DNA from: a virus
DNA: 64,000 nt
Reading direction: 5' to 3' (one strand)
IMG/VR virus record: IMGVR_UViG_3300032282_004772
In this document: one piece after another, positions 9,501 through 20,976 of the stretch
Layout: every line of letters begins with the position of its first letter
Numbering within the stretch: the stretch's first letter is position 1
The notes under the pieces: generated by a model
What the model was told of the DNA's origin: nothing
Databases searched by the model: none
What the model saw: the letters and a program-made list of their open reading frames with translations, nothing else
Made by a program: the position numbers and the translations under genes

Positions 9501-11480
9501 TGCTTGTGTTCCTGAAATTAATTCAATTATTTTTGAAGCATGAGTAGGACTGAAACATGGGAAAGGAAAGACACTTGAAAAATTAGTTACTAAGTCAGTA
9601 TACGTATTAGGATTATTTAAAGGTAAAATTGTTGCGGGTGTTGGTTGTGGGTCAGGGTCAGGAGTTACAGGTGTTTGGGCATTAGCTTGAGCCCCCGTAT
9701 CACAATCACACGCCTCACAATCAGGATAAGTTAACACAGGTAATTTTAATGGATGTAGTAATGAATGAGACATATTACAATCAAGCCCAATTGACCTACA
9801 AATCCACCCAAATGGGCGAACTCTTATGATTCTTATTCCACATAATTCACATAAAATTTTTACAACAATTTTATATATTAAATTAATTAAAAATGCCACA
9901 AAATCATACATTATTATTATTGGTAATAATACTACACCAATAATTGATAATACGATATTCAGTATTATCCAAAGTAATGGGGTATGAAATACCCCATCAT
10001 TAACAGGGAATGGGTTTACGTTATCGTCGCAACTTAAATCACCAATTTGTTTAATCCCAATAAACCTCTCTTTATTATTTTGAAATTTAAAATTATCAAT
10101 TAAACCTGATACGGTATAAACTTTGTTATAATCAAATAAATAAAATCTATCCTCACAATTAATGTAAGATAATAATTCATTATTTAATAAATTTAATGAC
10201 CCAAAAGTATATGCAGACCAATCTAAGTCAAACGCATATGATTGTATCATGTTTGATAGTGCTCCACCTCCAATAATCAATGGGTCTGCAGATGAATTTG
10301 TCCAACCTTTTTCTTTAAGATTTGGTACTAAGTAATAGGCCCTTTTGTAATCTTCAGAGATACTTTTACTTTGTTGCCATTTAATCTTGAATCGATATTT
10401 GGCCTGTGTTGGAACTCCGACAGTTGGGTCATCAGAAATAACTATGTTTCCAAATTCATCTGTTGTGACATAATTATAATTCATCGGTAAGTCAAACATC
10501 CAATTACCATCACCATCAATTAATTTTCCCGCATTTGGTAACTTTGCCTGTTCTAAAATAGGTAAACCATTTGCATCATTAAAAATTGTTTGTGTAATTG
10601 CCAATATTTCACCAGGACCTGTAACTAATTGACACAAATCCCCCAAATTTTTCTTTGCCTTACAATTTGTTTTTAATGCAACATTATTTGAACCACTTAA
10701 AAGAGAACCTAAAAATATGGAAGTTGGTTGTATCTTTACATTTTTCTCTGCAGTTAAATCAAAATCAGTTCTTGTTATTCCTATTTGGCAAACATCTTCT
10801 TCTCCCCAAAATGGAGATACTTCTATACTTTTATTTATAATAATAATTTGAGGTAACTCTAATAAATTAGTAGACGCTTTAAATTTTACACCATCAACTT
10901 GTTCGGTTGTCGCAATTCCCATTCTTATTAAATCATGTGGTGTCATTGAGAACTGACCTATGTCTGACAAATCAACATTCATAACTAAGGTGTGTGTTCC
11001 AACAGGGACACCATAAATTAAAAAGTCTCCACTTTCATTTGTTTGTACGGTATATTTGTAATATTTGTCGTATATTTCAATGGCCGTTTGGTCAACTAAA
11101 TTGTCTTTTCTAGATGGGAAAGTTCCTGTAGCAACGTGTCCAGGATACGAAGGTAAGTAGGGTAATAAATTATAGATATACCCATCCTCATTGGTGTCGC
11201 TTAAAGTTTTATACGGATATATTGTAGATATTGTGGGATTTTGTAAATCTTGGTCACTGACAGGAATAAAAATAGATAATTTTGCTTTTGGTATTCCATA
11301 TCCATTGTTGGCAAAAACTCTACCGGCAATTACACCGTAGTCAGAACACATTCTAGTGTAAACATCTGACTGTCTTATTTTAAGTGATAATATCTCTAAT
11401 TGTTCAAAATCTTGGTCTACCTGTAAAACTAAATTTTGGTCTTTTCCTGGTGTAGCCTTTATCCTATAAGATTTTCCCAT
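6495..11480 (-). CDS. Large tail/baseplate protein with N-terminal carboxypeptidase-regulatory-like domain and internal hydrophobic, Cys-rich segment
   Basis: 1661 aa. GVIAGRVFANNGYGIPKAKLSIF...TNESGDFLIYGVPVGTHTL resembles the CarboxypepD_reg fold. Hydrophobic stretch LLWIILNIVLSIIGVVLLPIIIMY... follows. Directly downstream of the gp6-like gene. Confidence 0.55.
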   Translation of the reverse strand: MGKSYRIKATPGKDQNLVLQVDQDFEQLEILSLKIRQSDVYTRMCSDYGVIAGRVFANNGYGIPKAKLSIFIPVSDQDLQNPTISTIYPYKTLSDTNEDGYIYNLLPYLPSYPGHVATGTFPSRKDNLVDQTAIEIYDKYYKYTVQTNESGDFLIYGVPVGTHTLVMNVDLSDIGQFSMTPHDLIRMGIATTEQVDGVKFKASTNLLELPQIIIINKSIEVSPFWGEEDVCQIGITRTDFDLTAEKNVKIQPTSIFLGSLLSGSNNVALKTNCKAKKNLGDLCQLVTGPGEILAITQTIFNDANGLPILEQAKLPNAGKLIDGDGNWMFDLPMNYNYVTTDEFGNIVISDDPTVGVPTQAKYRFKIKWQQSKSISEDYKRAYYLVPNLKEKGWTNSSADPLIIGGGALSNMIQSYAFDLDWSAYTFGSLNLLNNELLSYINCEDRFYLFDYNKVYTVSGLIDNFKFQNNKERFIGIKQIGDLSCDDNVNPFPVNDGVFHTPLLWIILNIVLSIIGVVLLPIIIMYDFVAFLINLIYKIVVKILCELCGIRIIRVRPFGWICRSIGLDCNMSHSLLHPLKLPVLTYPDCEACDCDTGAQANAQTPVTPDPDPQPTPATILPLNNPNTYTDLVTNFSSVFPFPCFSPTHASKIIELISGTQATDATTYTTPDVVYPLSKKYVCNDLPLGERINLFNAKGSYFTGRNQVRVVVEPAVNNSNPNLFHLDNTLTFLANENGPAVWTAGTLFSFVRPGSSLDPNVTGATTNSFGTNSLTGTTNYPSSVQITYASLTQRAGINSNIPVTYNTPQIASNAGSTIVYSYPSDIEYFQVITAMTITQFRAINSTALNNSFSDILESNTTIYSYDWDSLNLQWIPCSSKSITPIDYVDNEQVVVIVQRGVDPYSPKTAIEFDLSKIFGLTSFGSAQHKVTGQYRLNVPIKNSDQTLLQSGEIYDQVEIMYDHQPSPTQINNGTANNGFNLFFPSVFFQPSPSYSQYPTNNHKYYSSICYRNTYGVYPPAAPSPFPPAGYNVSPPNPTYLLNYTQVNARCNNVSVINACHSVAVPYKDIVSQDGSPNGNHYWSSTFNVPQKYDSNESIVGASYMFKSTSGVPVVYYSPIYTYYTTPPMIMSNGLLNVMRSDRLPSSDTYPASSSQNNNTYLLQQNQSIVIYPYSNTGAVQVLPGVSTGGSNQDGSSESGATSFEDSALATFNDCSALVDLNCYRNSGLGLTVDQSCKDDDIIDSSGCYVFCKNCDNSNPFKILTEDIAKDIASYPRWFVRFKFFYGLCQGVLSEVFNNNWVNGTLFAFPFKINTYYNSLNQVSQRKYCPYVIVLHPTTNNFYYRSSPWDGTSFIGANSPGRTDKGSNSKNLKYPTTVFNMGPRDEFLKYITLNGNYEGYNMKNFTETTHHDNSDIVNLFGILRIIDSSFLNSFVGNQIRKLFSRNGLKVDADFAQTAAVNTQLGIVPFDTSAGAYSTTPPANSVLAANVTATNSIMMGVFFSATTEGMQIRDYLSPVRTIRWNVLFPTVYAYDYVPIHTQLTPHYSWNLQSSTTVFGSQLNEWGTNTVGTEIRQFKYQAMDRLSDPYPKYNIGVNQYNAKGYIYADNSNNPTTSLFQDSGITFNPPQTLGGAPFYFYFGLKKGVTSLNKFRNEFLGEINYNDQ

Positions 11481-11600
11481 TAATAATTCTTTATTTCATA
11501 AATAGTTGATGGACAATTTTTAAAAGTCCTAACTATGTTTTTATTTAATAAAAACAAGTTACATTAAAAATAGAAACTTTATAAAATAAATAAATCGTTA

Positions 11601-13442
11601 TTAACTTATAGAAACGGTTTGGAAGTTTTTCACCTTAACCGTTATATCCTTGTTAGGGTATCTTATCTGATACACTTGATTTGGTAATGCAAAAATAGTT
11701 CCATCAGTAGGTTGTATTTGTTTTGTTGACGAGTCTGAATATGCCATTGATGTTTCAGATGATGAGTATTGGCCTCCAACTTTGTTAAAAACTTTTAAAT
11801 CAGTTAAAGATATTACTCCATTTTCGGATTGGATAAATCTATTAACTTCTGATAAGTTTACATTCTCACCTAACTGTCTTGTTGCAGGATTAAAATAATC
11901 AGAAATTAGGTTTATTATTTTACCAATAACAACTCCCTGATTCTGACTAGCGTCTAGCACAACTGAAACCTCAATTGCCAAATCAATTACTTGTGCGGTT
12001 TCGACAGAGATATAGTCATTCAACATTCTATAATTAGATAGATACTCTGCAATATTATTAAGTAAAGTATTTGACACAATCGCAGTTAACGCACCTGATG
12101 TATCGTATGATAATATTTTTATCTTAACTTTATTGTCTTCTTCAACAATCGCAACTTTTGCCGGTGCACCAAATTGTCCTGGCATTTTCCTTATTAACGC
12201 CTCGTAGTCATTAACCGTTACCGCTCTGTTTTGTGCTGAAAAGTTAAATGAAACAAAGTTTCTGATTTCTTCTAATGTAGGTAGTCCTGCCCCACCTATT
12301 GCTGCGGTAACATTATTACATCTAAGTGAATTAACAACCGCGGTATTTGTGGTTTCTGAAGGTCCATTAACAAAGAATGATACTGTTCCAATTTGATTTA
12401 TTACGTTGACACCTAAATTTGTTCCTAAACCTCCTCCGATACGATATTGTACGAATAATGTAGTGTTTGCTTTTAATGTGCTTCCCAATGAAAAATTATT
12501 TAAATAGTTTTGCATTGATTGAGTATTAAATCCTGATTTAGCGAAATTTCTAAGTTGTTCATCCGCAGAATTATTTCCACCCCCAAAGGTCATTTTTAAA
12601 AATCCTTCAGGTGTATATTCAGTAATAAATCTACTATTTGTTGTAATATATTTCCCAACTTTAACACCGGGTTTGTCACTTGGTTTTGTTGGGTCTTCAA
12701 TAAAGACTCTATCCTGAGCCAACGCATCAACTTCATACCATTTTCCTGTTGGAGATAAAAATTCTTGAGCCGATGGTACATTTGCATAATTAGTTCCGTC
12801 TCTTTGGATTACGGCAGTAACTCCAAGTACATTTTTTTCAGGTAAAAATAATTCAAAAAATGGTCTAACATCATTTGGAGTTATCACTTGTTTGAATACC
12901 TTTGTAATACCATTAACTACTAATTCTCTTTTAGTTATGGTATAGTTCACTAAATTGTTATTTCCATCAAAGTTTGGAACTTTTAATCTGTTTGGATATC
13001 CTTGTGAGTCATATGGAGATGAAAAATCAATATCATAAACGTTTTCAAATATTTGTCCTGCACCTGTAACCTGACTTCCTCTTCTTAATAGACCTTCATA
13101 TCTTTCGTCATCTTTGTCACCATTTGCCGGAACTGTAATTGAAAAATCAACTAACGCTACTGATGGTCTTTGTCCGGGTAACTTTAATCCATATGTTCTT
13201 GCAATATTAAATATTGAAGATTTTTGTTGGGCATATTGTAATACAGTTTCTTGTACACTTCTATCAATATGATAGTGTAAATTATCCGCAACCGCAGCAT
13301 TTAAATCCATCAATGCCGAATAAATTGATGCATCATTAAAATTATCAATTAAGGTCGGATAATAAGTCTTTGTATAATTTATTAATTCCGTTCTAATTGC
13401 TTGGAAATCTCTTACAGTATACGATATTCTTTGTTCTGCCAT
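11601..13442 (-). CDS. Baseplate wedge subunit (T4 gp6 / baseplate J-like)
   Basis: RDFQAIRTELINY...NFNDAS, ETVLQYAQ...SIFNIAR and AQNRAVTVNDYE motifs are characteristic of gp6/gpJ. Adjacent to the gp25-like gene. Confidence 0.9.
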   Translation of the reverse strand: MAEQRISYTVRDFQAIRTELINYTKTYYPTLIDNFNDASIYSALMDLNAAVADNLHYHIDRSVQETVLQYAQQKSSIFNIARTYGLKLPGQRPSVALVDFSITVPANGDKDDERYEGLLRRGSQVTGAGQIFENVYDIDFSSPYDSQGYPNRLKVPNFDGNNNLVNYTITKRELVVNGITKVFKQVITPNDVRPFFELFLPEKNVLGVTAVIQRDGTNYANVPSAQEFLSPTGKWYEVDALAQDRVFIEDPTKPSDKPGVKVGKYITTNSRFITEYTPEGFLKMTFGGGNNSADEQLRNFAKSGFNTQSMQNYLNNFSLGSTLKANTTLFVQYRIGGGLGTNLGVNVINQIGTVSFFVNGPSETTNTAVVNSLRCNNVTAAIGGAGLPTLEEIRNFVSFNFSAQNRAVTVNDYEALIRKMPGQFGAPAKVAIVEEDNKVKIKILSYDTSGALTAIVSNTLLNNIAEYLSNYRMLNDYISVETAQVIDLAIEVSVVLDASQNQGVVIGKIINLISDYFNPATRQLGENVNLSEVNRFIQSENGVISLTDLKVFNKVGGQYSSSETSMAYSDSSTKQIQPTDGTIFALPNQVYQIRYPNKDITVKVKNFQTVSIS

Positions 13443-13447
13443 ATTAA

Positions 13448-13909
13448 TTAAATATTTAAAATAACGAAATCTTTAGACCCAAATACATCATCTGTTATTA
13501 CATAATCTATTCTAACTTTAGCGGTATATTCAACAGTATTTGTACCAGGTAAATAATATTCATTATTTGTAACAACACCATTGCTATTAACAGTTACATT
13601 AGTTTCTTCACTAGATAACGCTTTAACGGAAATATTGGTGATTTTAAGTTGTGGTATATATTTTTCACACGCTTCTCTAATTTCAGATTCAATACTATTA
13701 AAGGTTGGTGTATCTAAAGGCTCAAAAATATATTCATATAATCTTGTTCCAAAATCAGGTAAGAAATATCTACTACCTTTTCTAGTTAACAAAAGATGAA
13801 TTAAATCCGCCCTTATTTCGTCATTAGCGGTTTGAGTTAATTTTAAGTAGTCCCCTTCTGTTGAAGTATTAAATGGGAATGAGACTCCGTATGTTTTACC
13901 ATTTGCCAT
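13448..13909 (-). CDS. Baseplate wedge / sheath-initiator protein (T4 gp25, GPW_gp25 family)
   Basis: LLLTRKGSRYFLPDFGTRLYEYIFEP is the gp25 signature. Confidence 0.92.
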   Translation of the reverse strand: MANGKTYGVSFPFNTSTEGDYLKLTQTANDEIRADLIHLLLTRKGSRYFLPDFGTRLYEYIFEPLDTPTFNSIESEIREACEKYIPQLKITNISVKALSSEETNVTVNSNGVVTNNEYYLPGTNTVEYTAKVRIDYVITDDVFGSKDFVILNI

Positions 13910-13948
13910 AACTATAAATATAGTCTTTCACTTTTTTTTATAAACAAA

Positions 13949-13970
13949 AATCGGGACATATGTCCCGATT
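13949..13970 (-). terminator. Intrinsic terminator ending the replication/RNR operon
   Basis: Perfect 22-bp palindrome AATCGGGACAT-ATGTCCCGATT followed on the minus strand by a T-run, 10 nt after the stop of 13980..14189. Confidence 0.75.
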
Positions 13971-13979
13971 AATGTATTA

Positions 13980-16054
<2,075 letters not shown>

Positions 16055-16081
16055 AATTTTTTATTTTATTAAGTTTTAAAT

Positions 16082-17476
16082 TTATTGTGTTTTATTTTGT
16101 TTTTGTTGCTCTCTAATCTTTCTTTGTTCGAGAAGCTCTTTAACCCTATCCCTCTTTTGTTCTTCTTTTTGTTCTTCAAACCCTAAGAAAGTTACAGAAC
16201 TTTCTGTGTCTATTTGAATCATTTCGTTGTCGAATTTACAATTTTCGAAGACAACACCATCAGAACCTATTCTTGATTTGGTTATTGCAATTGTTGCTAA
16301 TTTCATTTCTTTTTGTTGTAAAGTTTTTGCCACTGAAATGATAACGTGACCAACTTGTGCTTTTTTAATAGAACCACCCATCTGGTCGGTGGTAACCACT
16401 TCTGATGAAATTGAAGAACGATTTCCTTGAGTTGCTGTCCATCCTACAATATTTAATTCATGGCACATGGCCTCGAACGCCCTCATAACTGAACCTTCAC
16501 TCTTCCATTCATCACCAAGATTTTTTTCAGGTACTATACAGTCGATGTAATCCAATAGTATCATATCAATATGATTACCTTCTGCAATCATCTTTCTAAC
16601 TTGATTCTTTATCTGTAACATCGTCATTGTGTCGGATGGTAATTTTTTAAGGATTAACTTATTTTTCATAGTTTCCTTAATGTCTGTTACCTTTGAAATT
16701 ACCTCATCCTTTTTATTTGCCAAATCATCAGGGGCAATTCCTGTCCAAAGAGTAAAATGTTTTCTTTGAATAATCTTTGGGTTGTCTTCAAAGAAAATTT
16801 GTAAAACATTATATCCTAAATTAAACGCATGGTTTGCGATTTTAGTTAACAATGTTGACTTACCTACCCCAGTAGGTGCTAAAACAACTCCTATTTCTCC
16901 TTTAGCCAAACCGCCTTTCATTAACTTATCAATACCCGGTATTCCCATAGGTACAGGATGTCTAAAATCATCATTAAGTACATCATCTAAATTATGAAAT
17001 ACATCTTCAGTCCCTCTATCAATCTCACCAACTTGTAACGCATCTCTAACCATTTCTTCAAGTGCGTCATAGTTTTCAAATTCTCCTCCATCAATAATTT
17101 TTTGAGCCTTAGTTATCGCTTTTTGTAACTCTTGTTGTTTACAAAACTTCAAAGCTTTTTCTTGTACAAATGTACATCCTTCAAGTGGGGCATCTTTAAC
17201 CTTAGTTAAGGTATCTAAAACAATTTTTGCCGCTAACTCTTGAGTAATTTCTGACTTTGTTATCTGTTGTAAGGTGTCAAAAGATGGACTTGATTCATAC
17301 TTTTTATAATACTCCTTAATCATCTGTATGATTAGTTTGAAGTACTTATTTTCAAAGTAATTTGTTTCAATAACATCTATGATTGAACGAGCGAATTCTT
17401 TGTCTACAGTTATTTGGTTTAGAAGTTGTAATTGAAATGTTTCACCTAAATAATTAAAATTTTTGTCCGAATTCAT
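16082..17476 (-). CDS. Replicative DnaB-family helicase (T4 gp41-like)
   Basis: Walker A APTGVGKS, ILLDYID, WTATQGNR and ITKSR motifs of SF4 helicases. Confidence 0.9.
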   Translation of the reverse strand: MNSDKNFNYLGETFQLQLLNQITVDKEFARSIIDVIETNYFENKYFKLIIQMIKEYYKKYESSPSFDTLQQITKSEITQELAAKIVLDTLTKVKDAPLEGCTFVQEKALKFCKQQELQKAITKAQKIIDGGEFENYDALEEMVRDALQVGEIDRGTEDVFHNLDDVLNDDFRHPVPMGIPGIDKLMKGGLAKGEIGVVLAPTGVGKSTLLTKIANHAFNLGYNVLQIFFEDNPKIIQRKHFTLWTGIAPDDLANKKDEVISKVTDIKETMKNKLILKKLPSDTMTMLQIKNQVRKMIAEGNHIDMILLDYIDCIVPEKNLGDEWKSEGSVMRAFEAMCHELNIVGWTATQGNRSSISSEVVTTDQMGGSIKKAQVGHVIISVAKTLQQKEMKLATIAITKSRIGSDGVVFENCKFDNEMIQIDTESSVTFLGFEEQKEEQKRDRVKELLEQRKIREQQKQNKTQ

Positions 17477-17507
17477 GCTCTATTTTTCTTTATGTAATTG
17501 ATAAATA

Positions 17508-17960
17508 TTATACCGCTAACGTAAGTCCGCAATATTCATAAGTTAAATTTTCAGCCGAAAAAATGTCAGTTAAAGACTTAAGAATACTTTTTAGTTGCGG
17601 ACGTAGGTCTACGGTGTATCTAACTTTAGGTGGGTACAATTTAGCGTTAAAGATTCTATGACAAATTGTCTCTTCTCCAATTTTAATAAACAAATTAAAG
17701 TACTCATTTCCTTCTGTCATTGAAGTGTTTAACACCGAATCATCTTCCATGATTTGTTGCATGTTGTCAAGCATGTAATTCACTGTTCTCATTTTCAACT
17801 CACCTTCAAGTTCACCTTTAAGTTCTTTTACATACTCATATAACTCTAGCGAAGATTTCGCAATAGGGTTATAATTTTTCACGTTGTAGAATCGTTGTAC
17901 AATAATTCTATCGTTCAACGTAAGTAGAAACTCCATCTTTGTAATGTCCTGTTCTTTCAT
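17508..17960 (-). CDS. Hypothetical protein in the replication operon
   Basis: 150-aa ORF tightly packed between the exonuclease and helicase genes. Confidence 0.6.
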   Translation of the reverse strand: MKEQDITKMEFLLTLNDRIIVQRFYNVKNYNPIAKSSLELYEYVKELKGELEGELKMRTVNYMLDNMQQIMEDDSVLNTSMTEGNEYFNLFIKIGEETICHRIFNAKLYPPKVRYTVDLRPQLKSILKSLTDIFSAENLTYEYCGLTLAV

Positions 17961-17963
17961 AAT

Positions 17964-18977
17964 TTAATTTTTTTTGTTCTCGTTATAATTTTTTTTTTCT
18001 TTTCTTGTTAATTTCATGAATGGTTTTATAAAATTGACCCAAGCGTCATCTGTTTTAGGTAGGAATTTAAAGAACCCGTCTTCCATCATAAGTTTCATTA
18101 GATTCTTATATCCTCTACCATCAGGGTCTAATGATTCTCTATAATATTGTTCAACTAATGTCTTACCTTCTTCATTAATCAATGGGTTTGATAAATCGAC
18201 AATTTTTTCATTAATTTCAAAAAATTCATTCCCATAGATTCCTGTTTTTGTTTTTCCTGTTAGTAAATTTTTAAGAGCCGTATTGTTTTTGTCTGTCTTT
18301 AACAACTCCTCAGCCTTTTCTAAAATATCGGAAATTCCGATTTTCTTTTCAAGTATTTCAGGAAATAATTTTACTAAAGTTTTTTCTCCCAAATTATAGA
18401 TTCCATTTATATTATCTGACTTATCTCCTGAAATTATCTTATAAGTTTTGATGTTTTCGTGAGGGAAATCATAGTAATAAATTTTTATTTTGTCACCTTT
18501 TTTATAAGTTTTTTTAGTGTTAGGAGAATAGATTGATACGTGTTCAGAAATTAGTTGTACTAAATCTCTATCAGAAGAAAAAATTATTTTTTTCTCATCT
18601 TCAGAAATATGGCAATAATAAGCAATTAAATCATCCGCCTCATTGTTATTGACATCAATTTGCCTAACAAACATTTCTTCTAGATATTGTTTTACTCTAT
18701 TTTTCTGTCGATAAAAAGAATCTTCCTTAAATTCATTAGACTCGGAACGTCTTTGTTCTTTATATTGAGGGTAGATTAATCTTCTTGCGGAATTACTTCC
18801 TTCTCCGTCCCAAAAGACAACGACTTTATCAATATTTGATTCCTCAACAAATTTTTTAATTGTGTTAATAAAATGCCAAATACCACCAACATGCTCTCCT
18901 TTATGGTAAAATTCTTTTACACCATAAAATCCTATTTTTAGTAGGTTGTTACCATCAACTAATAAAGTTTTCGTCAC
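17964..18977 (-). CDS. 5'-3' exonuclease / flap endonuclease (T4 RNase H, PolA 5'-exo family)
   Basis: LLVDGNNL, VVVFWDG, YKEQR, EADDLIA, SSDRDL and GDKSDNINGI...GEKT (H3TH) motifs. Confidence 0.92.
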   Translation of the reverse strand: MTKTLLVDGNNLLKIGFYGVKEFYHKGEHVGGIWHFINTIKKFVEESNIDKVVVFWDGEGSNSARRLIYPQYKEQRRSESNEFKEDSFYRQKNRVKQYLEEMFVRQIDVNNNEADDLIAYYCHISEDEKKIIFSSDRDLVQLISEHVSIYSPNTKKTYKKGDKIKIYYYDFPHENIKTYKIISGDKSDNINGIYNLGEKTLVKLFPEILEKKIGISDILEKAEELLKTDKNNTALKNLLTGKTKTGIYGNEFFEINEKIVDLSNPLINEEGKTLVEQYYRESLDPDGRGYKNLMKLMMEDGFFKFLPKTDDAWVNFIKPFMKLTRKEKKNYNENKKN

Positions 18978-18988
18978 AATTAAAAATA

Positions 18989-19990
18989 TTATTCTTTTTC
19001 TTCTTTTAAATCAAAATCAATAGAATTAACACCAAGAAGTTCTTTCCAATACTCCGCGTATTCTTTTTTATAATTCTCTATTGAAGTCTTTTCTTCTGCC
19101 GCTTCTTTTCCCGCTAAAAATCCATGAGGTGTTACAATTATTTTACCATCCTCATAACCTAAACCATTAATATGATTCTTCAATACAGAAATTTTAGTAC
19201 GGGTCGCGAACTTCACAGTTCGTTTGTCTTTTGTTGCCGTAATTTTATTTGTACCGGCCCCTTTTTGATTTCCAAATAAAAATACTAAAGAAGAATTTAA
19301 CCAAATCGCTTCTCCGCCTTTTGCTTTAATTTTTGGTTGTCCAAAAGGATTATCGGGTAATTCAACCCACGGTTGATTGACAATAACTAATGTGTTTTCA
19401 TATTTAGAATCAGCCTTTCTACTTCCTGATATTCTTTGGTTGATTCCCATACCGATTTTATCGGCTAATGTAGAAGCGTTATGTTGTTTACCTCCCTTTC
19501 CTTCGTATGTCATTTTACATGGTACTGAACCAACAGAATCCCATAAAAAAAGCAAACTGTAATCCAATTCCCCTTTTTCTTGTGCATCTAATAGTGAATT
19601 AATATAATCAGTAATCTGTTCAATATAGTCAAAGTTATTATTGAAGATAAAAAACCCATCCCAATCCATCTCACCTGTTGATTCATCAACAACTTCTTCA
19701 CACTCAAATCCCATAAGTTTTGCATGTTCAAAACTCCATTTTTGTTCTGTAATAATAAAGACAGGAAGTATTCCTTTCTTTTGTGCATCGACTGCCGCTT
19801 TAACTAACGCAGTTGTTTTACCTGTATCAGAATGACCTAAAAACATATTTAGGTGTCCGATTGCCGGTCCTGGTAATCCTACCGCGTCCAAAAATTCCGT
19901 ACCTAAATCAAAATATCTTTGTGGTTTATATTTTGCCGAAGTAGAGAACTTATCTTTTATAGTTTTAAAATCGTTTTTTTTGATTGCCAT
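18989..19990 (-). CDS. RecA/UvsX-like recombinase
   Basis: Walker A GHSDTGKTT, LFLWDSVG, VIVNQ, KGGEA and KISVLKNH follow the RecA fold order. Confidence 0.85.
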   Translation of the reverse strand: MAIKKNDFKTIKDKFSTSAKYKPQRYFDLGTEFLDAVGLPGPAIGHLNMFLGHSDTGKTTALVKAAVDAQKKGILPVFIITEQKWSFEHAKLMGFECEEVVDESTGEMDWDGFFIFNNNFDYIEQITDYINSLLDAQEKGELDYSLLFLWDSVGSVPCKMTYEGKGGKQHNASTLADKIGMGINQRISGSRKADSKYENTLVIVNQPWVELPDNPFGQPKIKAKGGEAIWLNSSLVFLFGNQKGAGTNKITATKDKRTVKFATRTKISVLKNHINGLGYEDGKIIVTPHGFLAGKEAAEEKTSIENYKKEYAEYWKELLGVNSIDFDLKEEKE

Positions 19991-20023
19991 TGTATATTTT
20001 TTTTAATTTTTTGGGTAAAAAAA

Positions 20024-20060
20024 GAGCATGGACAAAATGTCTTTGCAATTGTCCATGCTC
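20024..20060 (-). terminator. Intrinsic terminator/attenuator after the SSB gene
   Basis: 12-bp inverted repeat GAGCATGGACAA...TTGTCCATGCTC followed by T7 on the minus strand. Confidence 0.7.
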
Positions 20061-20069
20061 ATAATCAAT

Positions 20070-20912
20070 TTAAAAAGGTAATTCTTCGTCAGGTTCCATA
20101 CCTGCTTGTGGGTCAGAGTAAGACTTAGAACCTCCCATACTCACTTCACCTGTGGATGAGTCTCCATAAACATACTTACCTGCATCTGAGTCCCAACGTG
20201 GTGTTTCTCCTCTTGCAATCGCCTCTAAATAATCTTCAGGTTTTTTAGAATACACATCTTTCCAAGTTAATTCATCACTAACCCATGTGTTCATAATTGT
20301 TTTATCTTCATGAACTGCAGATGGGTCATCATACATAACCGTTTGAATTACAGTATACTCTTTTCCTTTAGGTGTTTTTGCTTTTGACAATTCAATTATC
20401 AAATCTCGTCCTTTTTCAGGGTCTGTAATATCACCTTTTGCTCTCCAAATAGGAATTATCTTATCTAATACCCCTTCGTTCTTATAGTTGTGTTTGAATC
20501 TCCAAAACTTAACTCCATCTTCAGGTTTATCTCTATCAATAACTTTTACAATATAAAATTTTCTCGCCTTATATTGCTTTGCAAGTTCTTTATCAGAGTC
20601 TTTTCCTGTGGAAATTAATTCTTCATAAACTTCATTTAGGGGTGACCTTTCATTGTCATTTTTTGCGGGGTCATAGATTTTATTCCATTGACCTCCAACT
20701 TGTACTTCATGAAACCACGCTTCTACAAATGGAGATGAACCATCTTTTGTAGGTAGAATACGGATTCGTTTTTGTGCGGAACTTTGTCCCTGTGGTAAAA
20801 TTGCGGCGAAATACTTTTTCATTCGCTCGTCCATAGACATTTTGTTGCCTGAGTTACCTGACTGTTGTGATTTTTCGTACTGTGCTAAGACTGAATCTAG
20901 TGTTGACATCAT
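20070..20912 (-). CDS. Single-stranded DNA-binding protein (T4 gp32-like)
   Basis: RIRILP...PF.E.WFH, RKFYIVKVIDR, DITDPEKGRDLII and acidic tail EPDEELPF. Upstream of recA. Confidence 0.8.
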   Translation of the reverse strand: MMSTLDSVLAQYEKSQQSGNSGNKMSMDERMKKYFAAILPQGQSSAQKRIRILPTKDGSSPFVEAWFHEVQVGGQWNKIYDPAKNDNERSPLNEVYEELISTGKDSDKELAKQYKARKFYIVKVIDRDKPEDGVKFWRFKHNYKNEGVLDKIIPIWRAKGDITDPEKGRDLIIELSKAKTPKGKEYTVIQTVMYDDPSAVHEDKTIMNTWVSDELTWKDVYSKKPEDYLEAIARGETPRWDSDAGKYVYGDSSTGEVSMGGSKSYSDPQAGMEPDEELPF

Positions 20913-20976
20913 TGTTTTATATATTTAGATAATTTATAGATACCTAAATATAAACTTAATAACGTTCTTTGTCAAA

